This document shows positions 12,401-27,445 of a stretch of 64,000 nucleotides of DNA, in pieces. Positions within the stretch are counted from its first letter, which is position 1. Each line of letters begins with the position of its first letter. The translations under genes and the position numbers were made by a program. The DNA lies in the NCBI RefSeq assembly GCF_009914755.1, contig NC_060938.1, one strand, 5' to 3'. The notes beneath the pieces were generated by a model that searched no databases, was not told the DNA's origin, and worked only from the letters and a program-made list of their open reading frames with translations. The DNA comes from the human T2T-CHM13v2.0 reference genome, Homo sapiens.

Positions 12401-15133
12401 TGAAAATAACTACCAACAAAAAAGAAAAATCCAGGGCCAGATGGATTCACACCTGAATGCTATCAGAAATTCAAAGAAGAATTGGCACTTATCTTATGGA
12501 AACTATTCCAAAAGATAAATAAAGAGGGAGTCGTCCCTAAATCATTATATGAAGCCAGTATCACCTTAATACCAAAACCAGGAAAGGACATAACAAAAAA
12601 GAGAAAACTACAGATCAATAATCCTGATGAACATAAATCTAAAAATCCTCAACAAAATATTACATTCCAAAATCCAGAAGTATATTTTTAAGAAAATTAT
12701 CCACCATGATCAAGTGGGTTTCATAACAGGGATGCAGGGATGGTTTAACTTATGCAAGTCAATAAATGTGATAAACCACATAAACAGAATTAAAAACAAA
12801 AATCATATGGACATCTCAATAGATGCACAAAAATAATTTGATGAAATCCAGCATTTCTTTATTACCCTCATCAGCAACAGCATAGAAAGGACATAACTTA
12901 AGGTAATAAAATCCATCTATGACAAACCCACAGTCAACATTATACTGAATGAGGAAAAGTTGAAATCATTCCTTCTGAAAACTGTAACAAGAGAAGCATG
13001 CTGACTTTCACCACTTCTATTCAACATAGTACTGGAAGTCCTAGCCAGAGTAATCAGGCTAGAGAAAGAAATAAAAGGCATCCAAATTGGTAAAGAGGAA
13101 ACCAAACTGCCTCTGTTTGCCGATGACATGATTGTATACCCAGAAAACACTATTGACTCATCCAAAAAGCTCTGGAATTAGTAAATTAATTCAACAAATT
13201 TTCAGTATACAAAATTAATGTACACAGATCAGTAGGCCTGCTATATATCAACATCAATTAAGCTGAGAATCAAATCAAGAACTCAACCCCTTTTACAACA
13301 GCTGCAAAAAAGTAAAATAAAATAAAATAAAACAAAATAAAATACTTAGGAATATTCTTAACTGAAGAGGTGAAAGACCTCCCTAAGGAAAACTACAAAA
13401 CACTGCTGAAAATAATCATAGATGACACAAACAAAGGGAAACACATCCCATGCTCAAGGATGAATAGAATCAATATTTTGAAAATGACCATATTGCCAAA
13501 GTAACCTACAAATTTAATGCAATTCCCATCAAAATACCCCCATCATTCTTCAATCAACTAGAAAAAAAAACAGTCCTAAAATTCATACGGAACCAAAAAA
13601 GAGCCACATAGTCAAAGCAAGACTAAGCAAAAAGGACAAATCTACAGGCATTGCATTACCCAACTTCAAACTATACTATAAGGCCATAGTCACCAGAATA
13701 GCATGGTACTGGTATAAAAATAGGCACATAGGCCAATGGAACAAAATAGAGAAGCTGGAAATAAAGCAAAATATTTATAGCCAACTGATCTGCGACAAAG
13801 AAAACAAAAACATAAAGTGGGGAAGGACATCCTGTTTAACAATTGGTGCTGAGATAATTGGCAAGCAACATGTAGAAGAATAAAACCGGACCCTCATCTT
13901 ACATCTCATACAAAAACCAACTAAAGATGGATCAAAGACTTAAATCTAAAACATGAAGCCATAAAAATTCTAGAAGATAACTTTGGAAAAACCCTTCTAG
14001 ACACTGGCTTAGGTAAAGACTTCATGACCAAGGACCCAAAAGTAAAAGCAACAAAAACCAAGATAAATACCTAAGACTTAATTAAGCAAGAAAAGTCTGC
14101 ACAGCAAAATAAACAATCAGCAGAGTAAACAGACAACCCACAGAGTGGGAGAAAAATCTTTGCAAACTATGCATTCAACAAAGGACTAATGTTCAGAATC
14201 TACAAGGACTCAAACAAATCAGCTAGAAAAAAACAAATGATCCCATCAAAAAGTGGGCTAAGGGCATGAACAGACAATTCTTAAAAGAAGATATGCAAAT
14301 GGCTGACGAACATATGAAAAGAAGCTCAACATCACTAATTACCTGGGAAATACAAATGGAAACCACAATGCGATACCACTTTACTCCTTCAAGAATGACC
14401 TCAATTTAAAAATCAAAAAATAATAAGATGTTGACATGGACATGGTGAAAAGGGAACACTTTTACACTGTTGGTGGAAATGTAAGCTAGTACAACCACTA
14501 TGGAAAACAATGTGGAGATTCCTTAAAGAACTAAAAGTAGATCTACCATTTGATCCAGGAATCCCATTACTGGGCATCTACCAGAGGAACAGAAGTCATT
14601 ATATGAAAACGACACTTGCACAAGTTCATGCCTGTAGCAACACAATTCATGATTGCAAAAAATGTGGAACCAGCCCAAATGCTCATCAATCAACAAGTGG
14701 ATAAAAAAATGTAATATACACATATATATCCACACCATGGAATACTACTCAGCCATAAAAAGGCAAGAAATAATGACATTAGTAGCAACCTGGATGGAGA
14801 GGAAGACCATTATTCTAACTTAAATAACTCAGGAATGGAAAACCAAACATCATATGTTCTCACTTAAAAGTGGGAGCTAAGCTATGAGGATGCAGGGGCT
14901 TAAGAATGATAGAATGGACTTTGCGGATTTGGGGGAAAGGGTGCGTGGGGGGTGAGGGATAAGAGACTACACATTACCTTGGGTATAGTGTGCACTGCTT
15001 GGGTGACGAGTGCACCAAAATCTGAGAAATCTCCACTAAAGAAACTATCTGTGTAACCAAAACTCCCTGTTCCCCCGATCTATTGATATAATTTTTAAAA
15101 AATGAAATAAAAGTAATAAAAAATAAATAAAAA
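9430..15133 (+). mobile_element. Near-full-length decayed LINE-1 (L1PB1-like): partial 5' UTR, ORF1 ~10017-10950, ORF2 ~11038-14880, 3' UTR, A tail
   Basis: Endonuclease and RT fragments in the ORF track ([40 protein letters not shown]); FADD coded at ~13116 (tttgccgatgacatg); 3' UTR gctatgaggatgca...ggtgagggataagagactacacatt typical of L1PB1. Many stops and frameshifts. Confidence 0.93.
9521..9646. repeat. Perfect 63-bp tandem duplication in the L1 5' UTR
   Basis: 9521-9583 is identical to 9584-9646; cag microhomology follows. Confidence 0.97.
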
Positions 15134-15319
15134 TCATGATAGAAAAGTTAGGAGATGGAAGTGTCACAATTATTGTGTAATTATTTTAGAGAATACCTTT
15201 TTTTTTTTTTTTGCAGGAGGGTATCACTATTATTTCATGAGGACTAAGATACTAGCTTTGTTTTGTTTTTGTTTTTGTTTTTTTAACTGGATGGGGTAGC
15301 AGGGGGCTTCTGATTTTAA

Positions 15320-17660
15320 CTCCAACATATAAAGTGTTTGGTAGTTACATCTTTATAACAAGAAAAAGCTGTAAAATTCAACAACTTTTCTTGGACCCAT
15401 CTAAGAACTGAGGTTGCAGGGTAAACTGCCACTGAAATCTGCAGGGACAGGAAAATACAGAAAATTAAAGCTGAGATCTACTTAGCGAAATAAATACAAA
15501 CAAACTGCATAGAAAGTACTACACACTACAGCCAAGTAAGCTCTATTCCACTAATGCAATGTCTTAACATACAGAAAGATCTCTTGGGAAAAATCTGTCT
15601 AAACATTTATTCTTTACAAATAAATGTAATCTAGCATATCAATACGCTAAAAAAGAAATTCACACGAACATTTTAATTGAGGCAGAAAAAGCATTTGACA
15701 AAATCCCATTCATAATAAACATTCTCTGCAAGGTAGGAATAGAAGTTAATACTTTCAACTTGATAAAGAACATCTACTCAAATCCTACAGCAACCCTTAT
15801 AATTAGAGTTGAGAAACTAAATTATTTATCCTCAATTCAGAAAAAAAAAATGCAAGTATATTCTGTTACACCCCTTACCCCTAATCAACCTAATACTTAA
15901 AGTCCTAGAAACTAAACATATTGAAAAGGAAAAGAGGCTGTGCTACATTTTGCAGATGGTTGATTATTTATGTCAAAAATCCCCAAAGAATCTACCAAAA
16001 ATAATCTGGAACTAAAAAATCAGTAAACAAATTCACAGTATGCAAAGTCAGTATAGTAAAATCAGGTATTTTAATATATATTGTATTGAAAAACTGTAAT
16101 TTTAAACATACCATAAAATATAGCACCCCTAAAATAAAAATCTGAGGTGTAAATCCTCAAAAATAATATGAACAGGCTATAGATGCAGAAGTCTACAAGA
16201 GAAAGAAGTAATAAAACAATTTCTAAATAAAATGAGAACTACTCCATATTCAAGCATTGAAGGACTCAATATTTTTAAGATGTCAATGATTTGCAATTTG
16301 ATTAATAATAGAACTCAATGTCTTTCAAAATCCCAGCGACCTATTTTATAGGTACCTACAAACTGAATCTAAAATGTACAAAGAAGGATAAAAGACTTAG
16401 AAAAATTAACATGATCTTGGGTTTGTTGATGAATTTTAGATACTCCAAATGCATGATCAATAAAAATTGATATACTGAACATTATTAAATTAAAATTTTT
16501 TACACTGTAAAGACAGTTAAGAGCATGAAAAGATAATTCACACACTAGATATTTTCAAACCACAGATTTTCTAGAGAACTTGGATCCAAAATGTACAAAG
16601 AACATTTAAAATTCCACAATAAGAATATAAACAACCTTAGGGCATTAGACCCGAACAGATACCTTCCAAAGATGACATGTAGATGGCAAATTAACATGTG
16701 AAAATATGTTCAACATCATACATCATCAGAAACTTGCAAATTAAAGCAGCAATGAGATACTACTGCACACCTATTAGAATGGCTAAAATTTAATTAAAAA
16801 CTGACAAGATCAACTGTAAGCTGGTATGCCTATTAAAAGGAACTCTCATTTGCTGCTGGTGAGAATGTAAAATAGTACAGTCACTTTGGAAGATCATTCA
16901 GCAGCTTCTTGCAAAACTAAACATAGTCTCACCATATCACACTCCTAGGTATTTATCAAAATAATTTGAAACTTATGTCTAGACAAAAGTCTCCATACTG
17001 ATGTTTATAACAGCTTTATTTATAAATTTCAAAAACTGGAAGCAAAGAAGATGTTCTTCAATAAGTAAATGGATAAAGAAACTGTAGTACGTTCATACAA
17101 AAGGGATGGCTTGTTAAGCGACAAAAAGGCATGAGTAAATCTGAAAAATATATGCTAAGTGGGAGAAGCAAGTCTGAAACAACCACTTGCTATATGATTC
17201 CATTGACAATCTGAAAAGTCAAAATTGTAGACACAGTAAACTGATGAATTGTTGCTAAGGTTACGCAATGGGAGTGTTTAGTAAGTCTAGGATAAGGATG
17301 CTTTAGGGTGGTGGAATTACTGTAATGATGGGCAGATAACACTGTACTTGTCAAAAATCCATAAAACAGTGTAGCACAAAGAGGGAAATTTAATATATGC
17401 AATTAAAAAATTATTTACAAGGTTGAGATATCACAGAATGGAATGCGGACTTTACAAATGAACCTAATTATTTTACAAATGGATGAAGCAACCTCACTGA
17501 AATGAGCGAGGAAAAAGTGTTTATCAAACTAACTTTGGAAACGAATATAGTGTGCAAGACTAAAGGAAGAATGAATTGCATATAAAGACTGTATTCTAGT
17601 TAATAAAATTGCTTCTCATGGGGGTATGGGCTAACAATTCTGAAAAACAAAATATTTATG
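15320..17660 (+). mobile_element. Old L1M (L1MC3/L1MD-like), internally deleted: 5' piece, ORF2 remnants and 3' UTR
   Basis: gcagaaaaagcatttgacaaaatc and tttgcagatggttgatt (RT); 3' UTR aacctcactgaa...aactttggaaa...gggggtatgggctaacaattctgaaa. Confidence 0.8.
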
Positions 17661-18087
17661 TAAAGTAATTACTTAAAAAATAAATAACAAAACAGACAAA
17701 AACCACATCTTAGCTTGTCCTTTCAGACAGTGATACTGTATACACATCAATCTCACTCCTAAAACCATTTTGAAACTATAACATAAACATAAATAGAAAT
17801 CAATGCCTAACAGTCCATTTATTCAAATAAAAAATTAAAGTATATATATATATATATATATATAGGTTGAAATTCATGAAAGCTACCGTTTAATGTAAGT
17901 CATGAGGGTGTGCAAAAAGGCTTGTAACACAATCTTAATACTGACATGCCAAAGTTCTGCTGGCTCTGATTCAGCAAGCATAAAATTGTGCAAGAGTAAA
18001 AGTTAAGACTGAAGACAGGGTTTACATCCTATTTTTTTCTTTCATTTTGTTCATTATGCAAAATTGAGGCATTACGTGTTTACATAA

Positions 18088-18421
<334 letters not shown>

Positions 18422-18539
18422 TAACACAATTGATTATAGAATCTGGAAAAAGCTGAGGATCTAGTGTGGATTTTGTTTTTTTAGGTGAAAATCTTTGTTA
18501 TTCTGGCACTTGGAAAATCCACTTCCTTACAGAAGCCTC

Positions 18540-19021
18540 TCAACTAAGGTATTACAAATGGAAGGCTGGGATTGAACACCCACATCCTATCATGCACAGA
18601 GCTGAGCTTCCATATTCCATTCTATGATAGTCATTAATCATTATTATAAATCTCTTTCTTAAATCTCGGACTTTCAAGGGACACTTGATAGAATGGCAAT
18701 TTGTCTCCTTCTTGTGATTGAATGTTGCCTTGCAACTAATTCCAGACAATGAGTTGTGCAACATTTCCAGACTGGAGCAATTAACTGTTGCCAGAAGAGT
18801 CCCTGATGTTCTTTTTCTCTATACACAGTGATCAATAAAAATCCATATAGTAACTGCTGCCCCATGATAAGTTCCAAAGTGAAGGCAATTCAAAATGCAG
18901 CACAGAACCAAACCTCAGGAGGAAGTTTAGTGTGAGCAAGTAATGAATCTTTATGTCAATTCACCAAAATGAAGCGGTGGTTGGTTACTACAGCATAATT
19001 TAGCTTATTGCTCTGATATAC
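18540..19021 (+). mobile_element. Degenerate MLT1-type LTR
   Basis: 3' end ggttactacagcataatttagcttattgctctgatatac resembles old MLT1 termini; start uncertain. Confidence 0.45.
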
Positions 19022-19410
19022 CCATCCATTGAAAAAATATATTGAGAAACAATGCTATTGGTCATAAAGCTCAGGAAACTCAGATAATTATTCATTTTTT
19101 TCTTTCTTAGATATAAACAACAACGATGGTTGTTAGATATGTGTAAGTACAAACATTCAAGGAACAGACTCTCAAAATGTAATAAAGAACATCAGTGAGT
19201 TAATAAGCATTTTAAGAAATGAAGAGAAAGCAATACAAATAAAAACCCCTAGTAAATATACTCAAACAGATCTGAGAACTACATATTTAAAATAATCAAA
19301 ATGATGCCATAAGAAGGCATAAAAAATGTGAAACAACTCCTGGAGATTAAAACTATGATCACCATCACCACCACCAAAATAAGATATTGGAAACCTTGAA
19401 AATATGTTCA

Positions 19411-19740
<330 letters not shown>

Positions 19741-21041
19741 GAAAATGTGTTCAGATAGTCTTACAGACGGTATTAACTTGGAAAAGAAATTTAAAATATG
19801 AGAGAAGGGTTAAAAGACAAAGAGGTTCAATCGGTATTTAATTATTTACAATAATATGGATAATCCCATAAGGGACCTATTTTTATATTAAAATTATATT
19901 TGAAATCTAAGTGTTTTACTCTCTTCAACTTTAATAACTCTTATCTTTTCAACACTATTTTTGACATTGGGAGCTTTTCTGATTTTTTTTAAATTTTATG
20001 TTAGTGTTATATATCCACCTTTTTAAAAAAAACCTGGTCCCTTTGTTTGCAAAACACTGGCAAAAATGTTTTCCATGGAATTTATCATAAGAATCTCAAA
20101 GGATTTTTTTTTCTCACTGGCTAGAAATGATGGCAAAACTTTTAAAAATACAGTAAAAAGGAAGAAGAAAATACAAGATAGAAATCTTATTCTCTTTAAA
20201 TTATTAAATTACAATTACATAAAATTTCTTGACCAGTGAAATTTACCAAATACATAGAGTTGTTAAAGTCAAAGCAAATGCTGTTTTATAGGAAGGCTCA
20301 TATGTACCTGAGCAATGGATGATAAACAATGATATCTTTATTACTTTTATTCAAATAAAATATTTTATGCCTTAATGAATATTTGTAATATCAAAATGTG
20401 TTTTCTACATGTGAATGATCCCTGAGGATTGCTGTACTGTATGCATTTGAATATTGAAAGACATATGTACCTGCCATTTGTAGCCATGCTATCTTTCTAT
20501 CCTCCTGACTCTTTCATACTAGCCTTGGCCAGGTACTAGAAGGCTCATTGAGACTTCCTATGGTTTATGACCCAAGCTGACAACTGTGACTTCTTCTTTG
20601 TGTCTTTCTGATGGCTATGCCATATAAGAATCTCCTTATATCATTTAAGAAGCTGCTGACACAGAGTGCTGGTTTGATGGATGACCTGAGCTGCCGTTAT
20701 TCCTGTCAGAGGTAAGCAGCAAGTTTTACAGGAAATTACTGGAGGAGGATACAGTGAGGGAGAGAAAGAGAAAGTAATGTGCATTACACATTGACTGACA
20801 ACATGATTTGCTTATAGTTCCAAGCTGGCTTAGCTGAGAACAGCAGTGAGAAAAAAAAATGTCTCATCAATATTTAAATAGCTGATCATATAACCAACTT
20901 GACAGGCCATTTGTAAGTGCAAATTATAGAGCAGAACTGTAAGCTATAGGGACCATTCTGCCCTTGCTTACACTTTTCATATTTCAGGTTTGCATAAGCA
21001 GAAAATAAAGTAAAATCATGCAGATGTTTCATTTCTGTATG

Positions 21042-21220
21042 CTAGAGATTCTCAAAGTGTTGTTCCCAGAAGCATTATTACTAGTGATAACTTTAAAATT
21101 AAAAATTCTCAGCCCCTACTACAAACCTACTGGATCAAAAACTCTAGGATAGGCTCAGCAAACTGTGCTTTGACAATCTCTCCAGGTGATTCTGATGCAT
21201 GGTCAAGTTTGAAAACTACT
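21042..21220. mobile_element. MER5A (hAT-Charlie MITE)
   Basis: ttctcaaagtgt...cctactggatcaaaaactct...ccaggtgattctgatgca...aagtttgaaaactact. Confidence 0.85.
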
Positions 21221-21359
21221 TACTTCTATAATAAATATTCACTGTTTTGAAATTCCCAAATAGCCATGGTCACAGATATTTAATTTTTTAAAAGATTTAT
21301 ATAATGTAACTAATAAAGAGAGAAAATAACAATGGCAGATTAAATTAATCCAATGCTAT

Positions 21360-21362
<3 letters not shown>

Positions 21363-21395
<33 letters not shown>
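21363..21395. repeat. (CA)n microsatellite
   Basis: Direct observation. Confidence 0.97.
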
Positions 21396-21397
<2 letters not shown>

Positions 21398-22169
21398 TTT
21401 AAACATGTGATATATGATCCTGCTGGAAACTGTTTTAGCAACATGGTTATCACATTAGAAATATGATTATATAACAAAAAATTGGAAAACAGAAAACACA
21501 CACATAATTTAGACTAAATTAACTCTCCATAAGGAAGATGATAAGTCATTCAGAAATGTCTTACATATATTTACCTAATTTACAATTTAGCATTTCTGGT
21601 AATAGCAAGTTAACTACTTTGTAAGGCAGAGACAACGTCCTGCAGCAGAGGGGGTAAAAAAGCCAGCTACATTTTAAAATACAGCTAGGGATTTAAGGTA
21701 TCTGATAACTATGGGAGGTATAAGAACTAGATAAATAAAAATTTCAGAGAAGCAGAACCATTCTTAGCTGAGCAGAGAATTGCCAACATATTTTTTTCCT
21801 TGGGGTGTTCGCTGATGCTAGTCAGAGAATTCTGGGCTTCTGTTAGGGAAAATAAACACCAGTGGAGCTTTGGGCGTTTCTTCTAGGCTGGAAAAACTAG
21901 AAAATTCAAGTGCTGAAATGTATGGTCAGTTTTGTCACCATATAATGTTAGGGTCTGAGCAATGTAGAAGACTAGGGAACTAGGCCAGCAGCTTCTAAAT
22001 GGCAAGAAAACATTTTCTGTAGTATTTCAGTATCCAGTAAACAAACCCTGATGAGATGAGGAACAGAAGGTGAGAGCAGAACAGTAAGGCAGCTTTCCTC
22101 AAGCACAATACTGGCTTTCTCTCCAGACTTGCCATATTGGGAACCTAAGTCCCCCACTTTCTAAGTTTA

Positions 22170-23550
22170 TGTGTTATTGAGTTTTATCAAGGAAAACAGA
22201 AAATAACCCAGGAAAATTATGCAGGGAAGGATTTCATGTAGTGAATTAGAGGCTTACAAACTGCTGAAAGTCCTGGAGGAATGAAAATTAGAGACACACC
22301 TGCTAGTGCTCAGGAAATCAGAAGGTAGGGGAATTGCTGGAATTTGCCGCCAATGATCCCAGCTGCCTATAGCACAAAAGAAATTCACAGGAAGATGAAA
22401 ATCTTACTTTTACCACTTGCCAAAGCCCATTTCCCAGGCTGCTGCTGATGGAAGTATAATAGTTTCTCCTTATCTGGTACATTTCACATTACACATATGC
22501 TTCTTGTTGGTAAGTCCTGAACTGTAAATTTTCTAGCACAAAAACCTTGAATATTTAGTTTCCAGTCTTCCTGCCCCTGTGATACTGGGGAGCGCCTGGA
22601 AGGGAATGAGAGTTATGTTGAAATTGTAAGAGAATTTCTGTTACTGTGCGCCTCAGAGTGGTTTTCATTCTTATCTACTCTTCTAAATCACAGGAAACTA
22701 GCACCATACTTCTGGCTAAAAAGATGTAAGTATCCATTTTACAAATGAAGACACATTCACTTTTTCCCAAAGAAAAGCACATAGTCTGCCTTATCGATGT
22801 ATTGCATAGATATCTCTATAATACGGTTTTATTTTTGGATGACATAATTTCTCTTCTAGTTCAACCATAATCTCACTTCGATATTGGTAATCAAATGATT
22901 TAATAAATATATAAAAATAATATATGTGTGTGTATGTGTGCACATATACACACACCACTAGTATCCTCTTATATAATAGTGGAGAGAGAGAACGGAGGAA
23001 AATGGTTAATGAACACAGGTATTTGCATAATGAAACAAAAAGAGCTATGCATATTTGCTAGTCCTCATTTCCTTAATTGTTCACAAAGTCTTTCTATTCT
23101 TACTACTTATAAATTCTGCTACCAATTCCATATTCCCTTCATCCTCAACCAGCAAAAGAACTGGGTATGATTCTTTAACCTAGCAGGGAAATCCAATTTT
23201 ATTCTTGAATAGCTCAGCTTGTATTTGTTTATTTTGGTTTGCCATTAACTTTTACCATTTGACATGGACATCGTTTTTTGAGAATGGATTCATGGCAAGT
23301 AAATTTTTGGAACTTCTTCATGGTTTCGGTCCTTGACAGCACTTTTATGGCTTATCTACCTAGCTATGGAATGTGAAAGTGAGCCCTTCAAGGTGAGGCT
23401 TGTGAAGTGTGGAGAGGCCAATGGTCTCCCGTGATGAAATCCAAATACCTCACAATCAACAAAATCCAGATGCCATAGAATAAGAATGAACCAGTTACCC
23501 ACTGGGCCCCGGAAAGAACCATCCTCAGAACCCCTATTTACCATCCTGCC
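22170..23550 (-). mobile_element. Possible ancient ERVL-type LTR plus internal remnant
   Basis: 22170-22650 starts like an antisense old ERVL/MaLR LTR; 23480-23545 on the minus strand (tggtaaataggggttctgaggatggtt) resembles an ERVL internal 5' start. Very diverged. Confidence 0.3.
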
Positions 23551-25454
23551 GTGTCTTCAGAGCACTTAGTTAAGGACTGAAAGTCTAAAAAAAATTCAAT
23601 TATTTGGAAATTTGTATATCTGAAAATGTTGTTCATATGTGTGGTTGTTGGAGAACCTGAAAACATCACAACAGTTCCATTTTCAGTCTTATTTTGAAGC
23701 AACTGGAAAGTGTCTCCCTAGTTTTTAGCGATGGTGACATCAAAAATCAGTCCTTCTATCTGTTTACTGCCTAACTTTGGAGACCAGAAATTGTAGGGAC
23801 ACTTAAACAAGACTTAAGTGGAATTTCAAAGTATTTAGTGCTTGTATTTTAAGCATGGATTCTCTAAGACAAGTTTCTAATTCCACTCTAATCCTCAGGA
23901 GAGAGCTATTTATACACCTCTTTTCCATCTGGACTTCTTCAGGTTACCAAGATTTTCTTACATCCTATCTTATATCCCAACTTGCTGCTTGAATAAGTAG
24001 TTGCTGATTAATTGGAGTTAGTAATAGATGAAAAGGAAATCAAGTTAATGTTGATATTATCCTAAAACTACTTTGTATTGTAACTGACTCATTTAAATGT
24101 CTACATATTTTGAATATTTATTGAAAATAAAATAACATCCAAGTAATTGGCTACATAAGAAATGTTTCAGATAAGTCGCTGTAGAAAACCATACACATGG
24201 TGATTTTTTAAAGCCCTAAATAATTATTTCATATTCAAAATATGCTTTATTTGGACACAGTGGGATTTTGAAAGTATGTAAATCTTTTTAGTAATAACTA
24301 ACTAAACTTTCTTAATTCAAGACAGAGTTAAGCTCTAAAACTTTTTTCTGTGCTGGATTTCAAAATAAGTTTTACAAATTATGTAGATATAGATACTTAC
24401 ACATATACATATTAATTTTGTTTTACCTTATCACAATCATTTATTCTAGAATAAACTGCCCTTCTAAAATTCAAGAAATTTCAATCTTAACATAAATAAA
24501 AAAATACAATTAAATATATTGGTTCAGTGAATAAAATAATGGTAGAAAACTAATTTGTGAAAAGCTAAAGTTCAAGTCAAGTATGATTGCACGATTACTG
24601 TATTTCCATTTAAATGTTAATGTACATTGTCACAAGTAAGAGTGCTTGGGATTAAAAAGTGATCTACACTCTGATTATGGGACAATTTTTGCAATTATAT
24701 ATTTTATTGTAATGCATACCATGTTATCTTCTTAGTGACTGAGAAGATAATCTCTTTATAACATGAGACTAAGGGGAATTATTTTTGCTGAAGTTTTAAT
24801 TTTTTGTTTCTTTTTTCCATAATATTGCTTGATGAAAAAGATTTCTCATCTTTTGTGTGGACTACAGGTTTGTTTCTCGATGGAAACAAAGCATAAAAAC
24901 TGCTTGGTAAAAGAGGCGTAAGGTGCTGAGCATGAAAGCTAAGTTGAAATAAAATTGGAAAAGAAATAATGCCTTGGTGATTTAGAAAAAAGCTTGGGCC
25001 AAGAAAGCAAAACTGCAATTAACTGTTTTTACTTAAGAGGTCATGTTCTATGTAACATTATCCTTCCTTGAACCTCTACTTCAATCTTCTAAATATTTTT
25101 CCAAATGAAAGTATGCCTTTCGGGGTTGTATTTCTTTTGGGAGCTGGTACTGAGGTTAAGATTTCTGTCAAGCTTGCAGTAGATTTTAGTGAAAGCTGTA
25201 AAGACACTGGATATCGTTTACAAGGTATTTTAAAGAAAAGTACAAAATCACAATATTTCCAAGTAAGACAAATAATTACATATAAATAACCTTTTTAATA
25301 TCTAAGAGGTAAAGGGAGGAAAGAAGATAGCGTATTAGCAAAGATAAAAGGTGATGAGTCCAATCATGAGATACCAATGCATTAGCCAAATTCCAATCTC
25401 ATTTAACATACCTTTGGTTTTGTTAGGAAACTGGTATTTGTGGAAATGTAATTG

Positions 25455-26165
25455 ATTCTGAAACAAAAATTTCTGAGTTCAAATCCTGTCACATACTACT
25501 CTTTGAGCTTGGGAAAGTTGAGCATGTTTCTGAGTTTCTTTACAAAAGTGCAATACTTTTAAAAGCCATGTATTCTTTCAGTGCTGTTTTGAAAACAAAT
25601 GATAAAATGATTTCTGAAAGCATTTGGCACAACTGCCAAGAACCTTTTGGCATGGGATTCTTAGATAAAGTGATATTGTGCAGATTATAGATGATGCAAC
25701 ATTTGGAATAAATTAAATATCATCTATATTAGTTCCATTAATCTGTGTTTTTCTGTAAAGTGAAAAGTATCTGCCAGTAAAGTAGAGGAAAAAAGTATTA
25801 AATTTGAAATACACATATCTGAAATTGAAATATGTTTCTTCTGCCTAATGGTAATTTGCTAGCCAAGACTGCATTTTCTTCCACTTGAAACGTAGGGTAA
25901 ACAATAAAATAAAATAAGAAACAACTGAAGCCAGGCATGGTGGCTCACACCTGTACTCCCAGTGCTTTAGAAAGTGAAGATGGGAGGATTGCTTGAGGTC
26001 AGGAGTTCAAGACCAGCTTAGGCAACATAACGAGATGCCCATCTCTACAATTTTTTTTTTTAATAAACACCTGAATGCTTGTTGTGAGAATTAGTGGTGA
26101 GGTGTATAAAGGACTAGAAGAGCTACTAGCACATTGGATAGACTCAATACATTCCAGTTATGATT
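25455..26165 (+). mobile_element. MIR fragments (25455-25635, 26070-26165) around a monomeric Alu (FLAM/AluJ left arm, ~25930-26050)
   Basis: ctgagttcaaatcctg and gttgtgagaattag MIR motifs; gccaggcatggtggctcacacctgta...ggaggattgcttgaggtcaggagttcaagacc monomer. Confidence 0.65.
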
Positions 26166-27189
26166 GTAAGTTAATAAATATTTGTAAAGGCCACCAAAAG
26201 AAAATGGGTAATCAAAATAAGATTGTAAAAATTATATATTGCAATAAAATATTTTAAGTAAATCAGATATGCAAGTTGACATAACAAAGATATGTCTGTA
26301 TCTTTGTACTAAACATATATTTTGTACTGTTTCTAAAAGAGGCATTAGCAAAAACTTTAGTAGATCTAACAGTTTCAGGTTGTAGCCGTGTTAATAGCAA
26401 TAAAATTATCCCTCATTCAGCAAAAATTACTATTATAATTTCTGTCAAAGAATGGTGTTTTTCTTAATTCAGATGAAGTTAGCACTCCTTCACTGTGAAA
26501 TTGTAAAACAAATAGTCTCCAATAATCTAGGTTTATCAACCCTTAACTAGTTCTCGATTCTATTCTTTGACTATGATTACAACCTTAGGAAAAACAGCAG
26601 GCTGTACCTCTGCCATTACCTGTTCTCATTATCCACAAAGGTAGCTAAGCACTTTGCTATGGTTCAAAGTGTCACTACGTGCAGTGTCTTGCAGTTTTTG
26701 CAAAAAATATTCCTAAAAAGAACATCTAAACTTTTTAAAAATTTTTCTTTCATCACTTACTTTAAAAAAAGTGTTCCTATTAAATACTGGATAGAAACAA
26801 TACGATTATATATAAACTATGAGTATGATATAAAGAATATGAGCAAATGCATGCAAAATACACAATGCTTACCAAATACGAAATGCTGGAAAAGATGACT
26901 ATTAAATATTTTTTAAAATACTCACAATATTTTCAGACTTTAAAAAATATGACAGAATATGAAGTTGTACAGTTACATCTGAACTACTTTCTATCCCCTC
27001 AACCTTGCTCATTCTCCAAGGAAACCACTAACTGTGAAGTCAGTATGATTTATCCATATATAGATATTTTATATTTAGGTGGCCATATTTTTTCTGTGCT
27101 TGCTACTCTGAACTCGAACTAAAACAAATCTTAGATGATAAAAAAGAAACATCTTAAGGTGTAGATACAAAATTTGATCATAACAATGA

Positions 27190-27445
27190 ATAGTAATGGT
27201 AGAAGTAATTATGGTAGATAACCTTTGTTACATGCTTGACTATGTTTCAGTTACTTCTAGCTCCTGTAACACTTTTAATTTTCACAAAACTTCATGATGT
27301 ACATTCTATTATTGTGCCTAATTTATTGATATTGTATCTGAAATACAGAGAGATTAAAGTCCTTGACCAAGAATTGAATCTAAACTGGAAGCCTGGGTTT
27401 CTATTTCAGAGCCCCAAGTCTAGTTAGTTCCCTATATTACTTCTC
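27190..27445 (-). mobile_element. MIR
   Basis: tgaaatacagagagattaaagtccttgaccaag core motif. Confidence 0.55.

Noticed and set aside
10017-14880. Active L1 ORF1/ORF2
   Set aside because: Numerous stops, frameshifts and deletions; longest fragments are ~70-80 aa.
26284-26307. 9-bp hairpin acaaagata-tgtctg-tatctttgt
   Set aside because: Isolated short stem in AT-rich DNA; compatible with chance.
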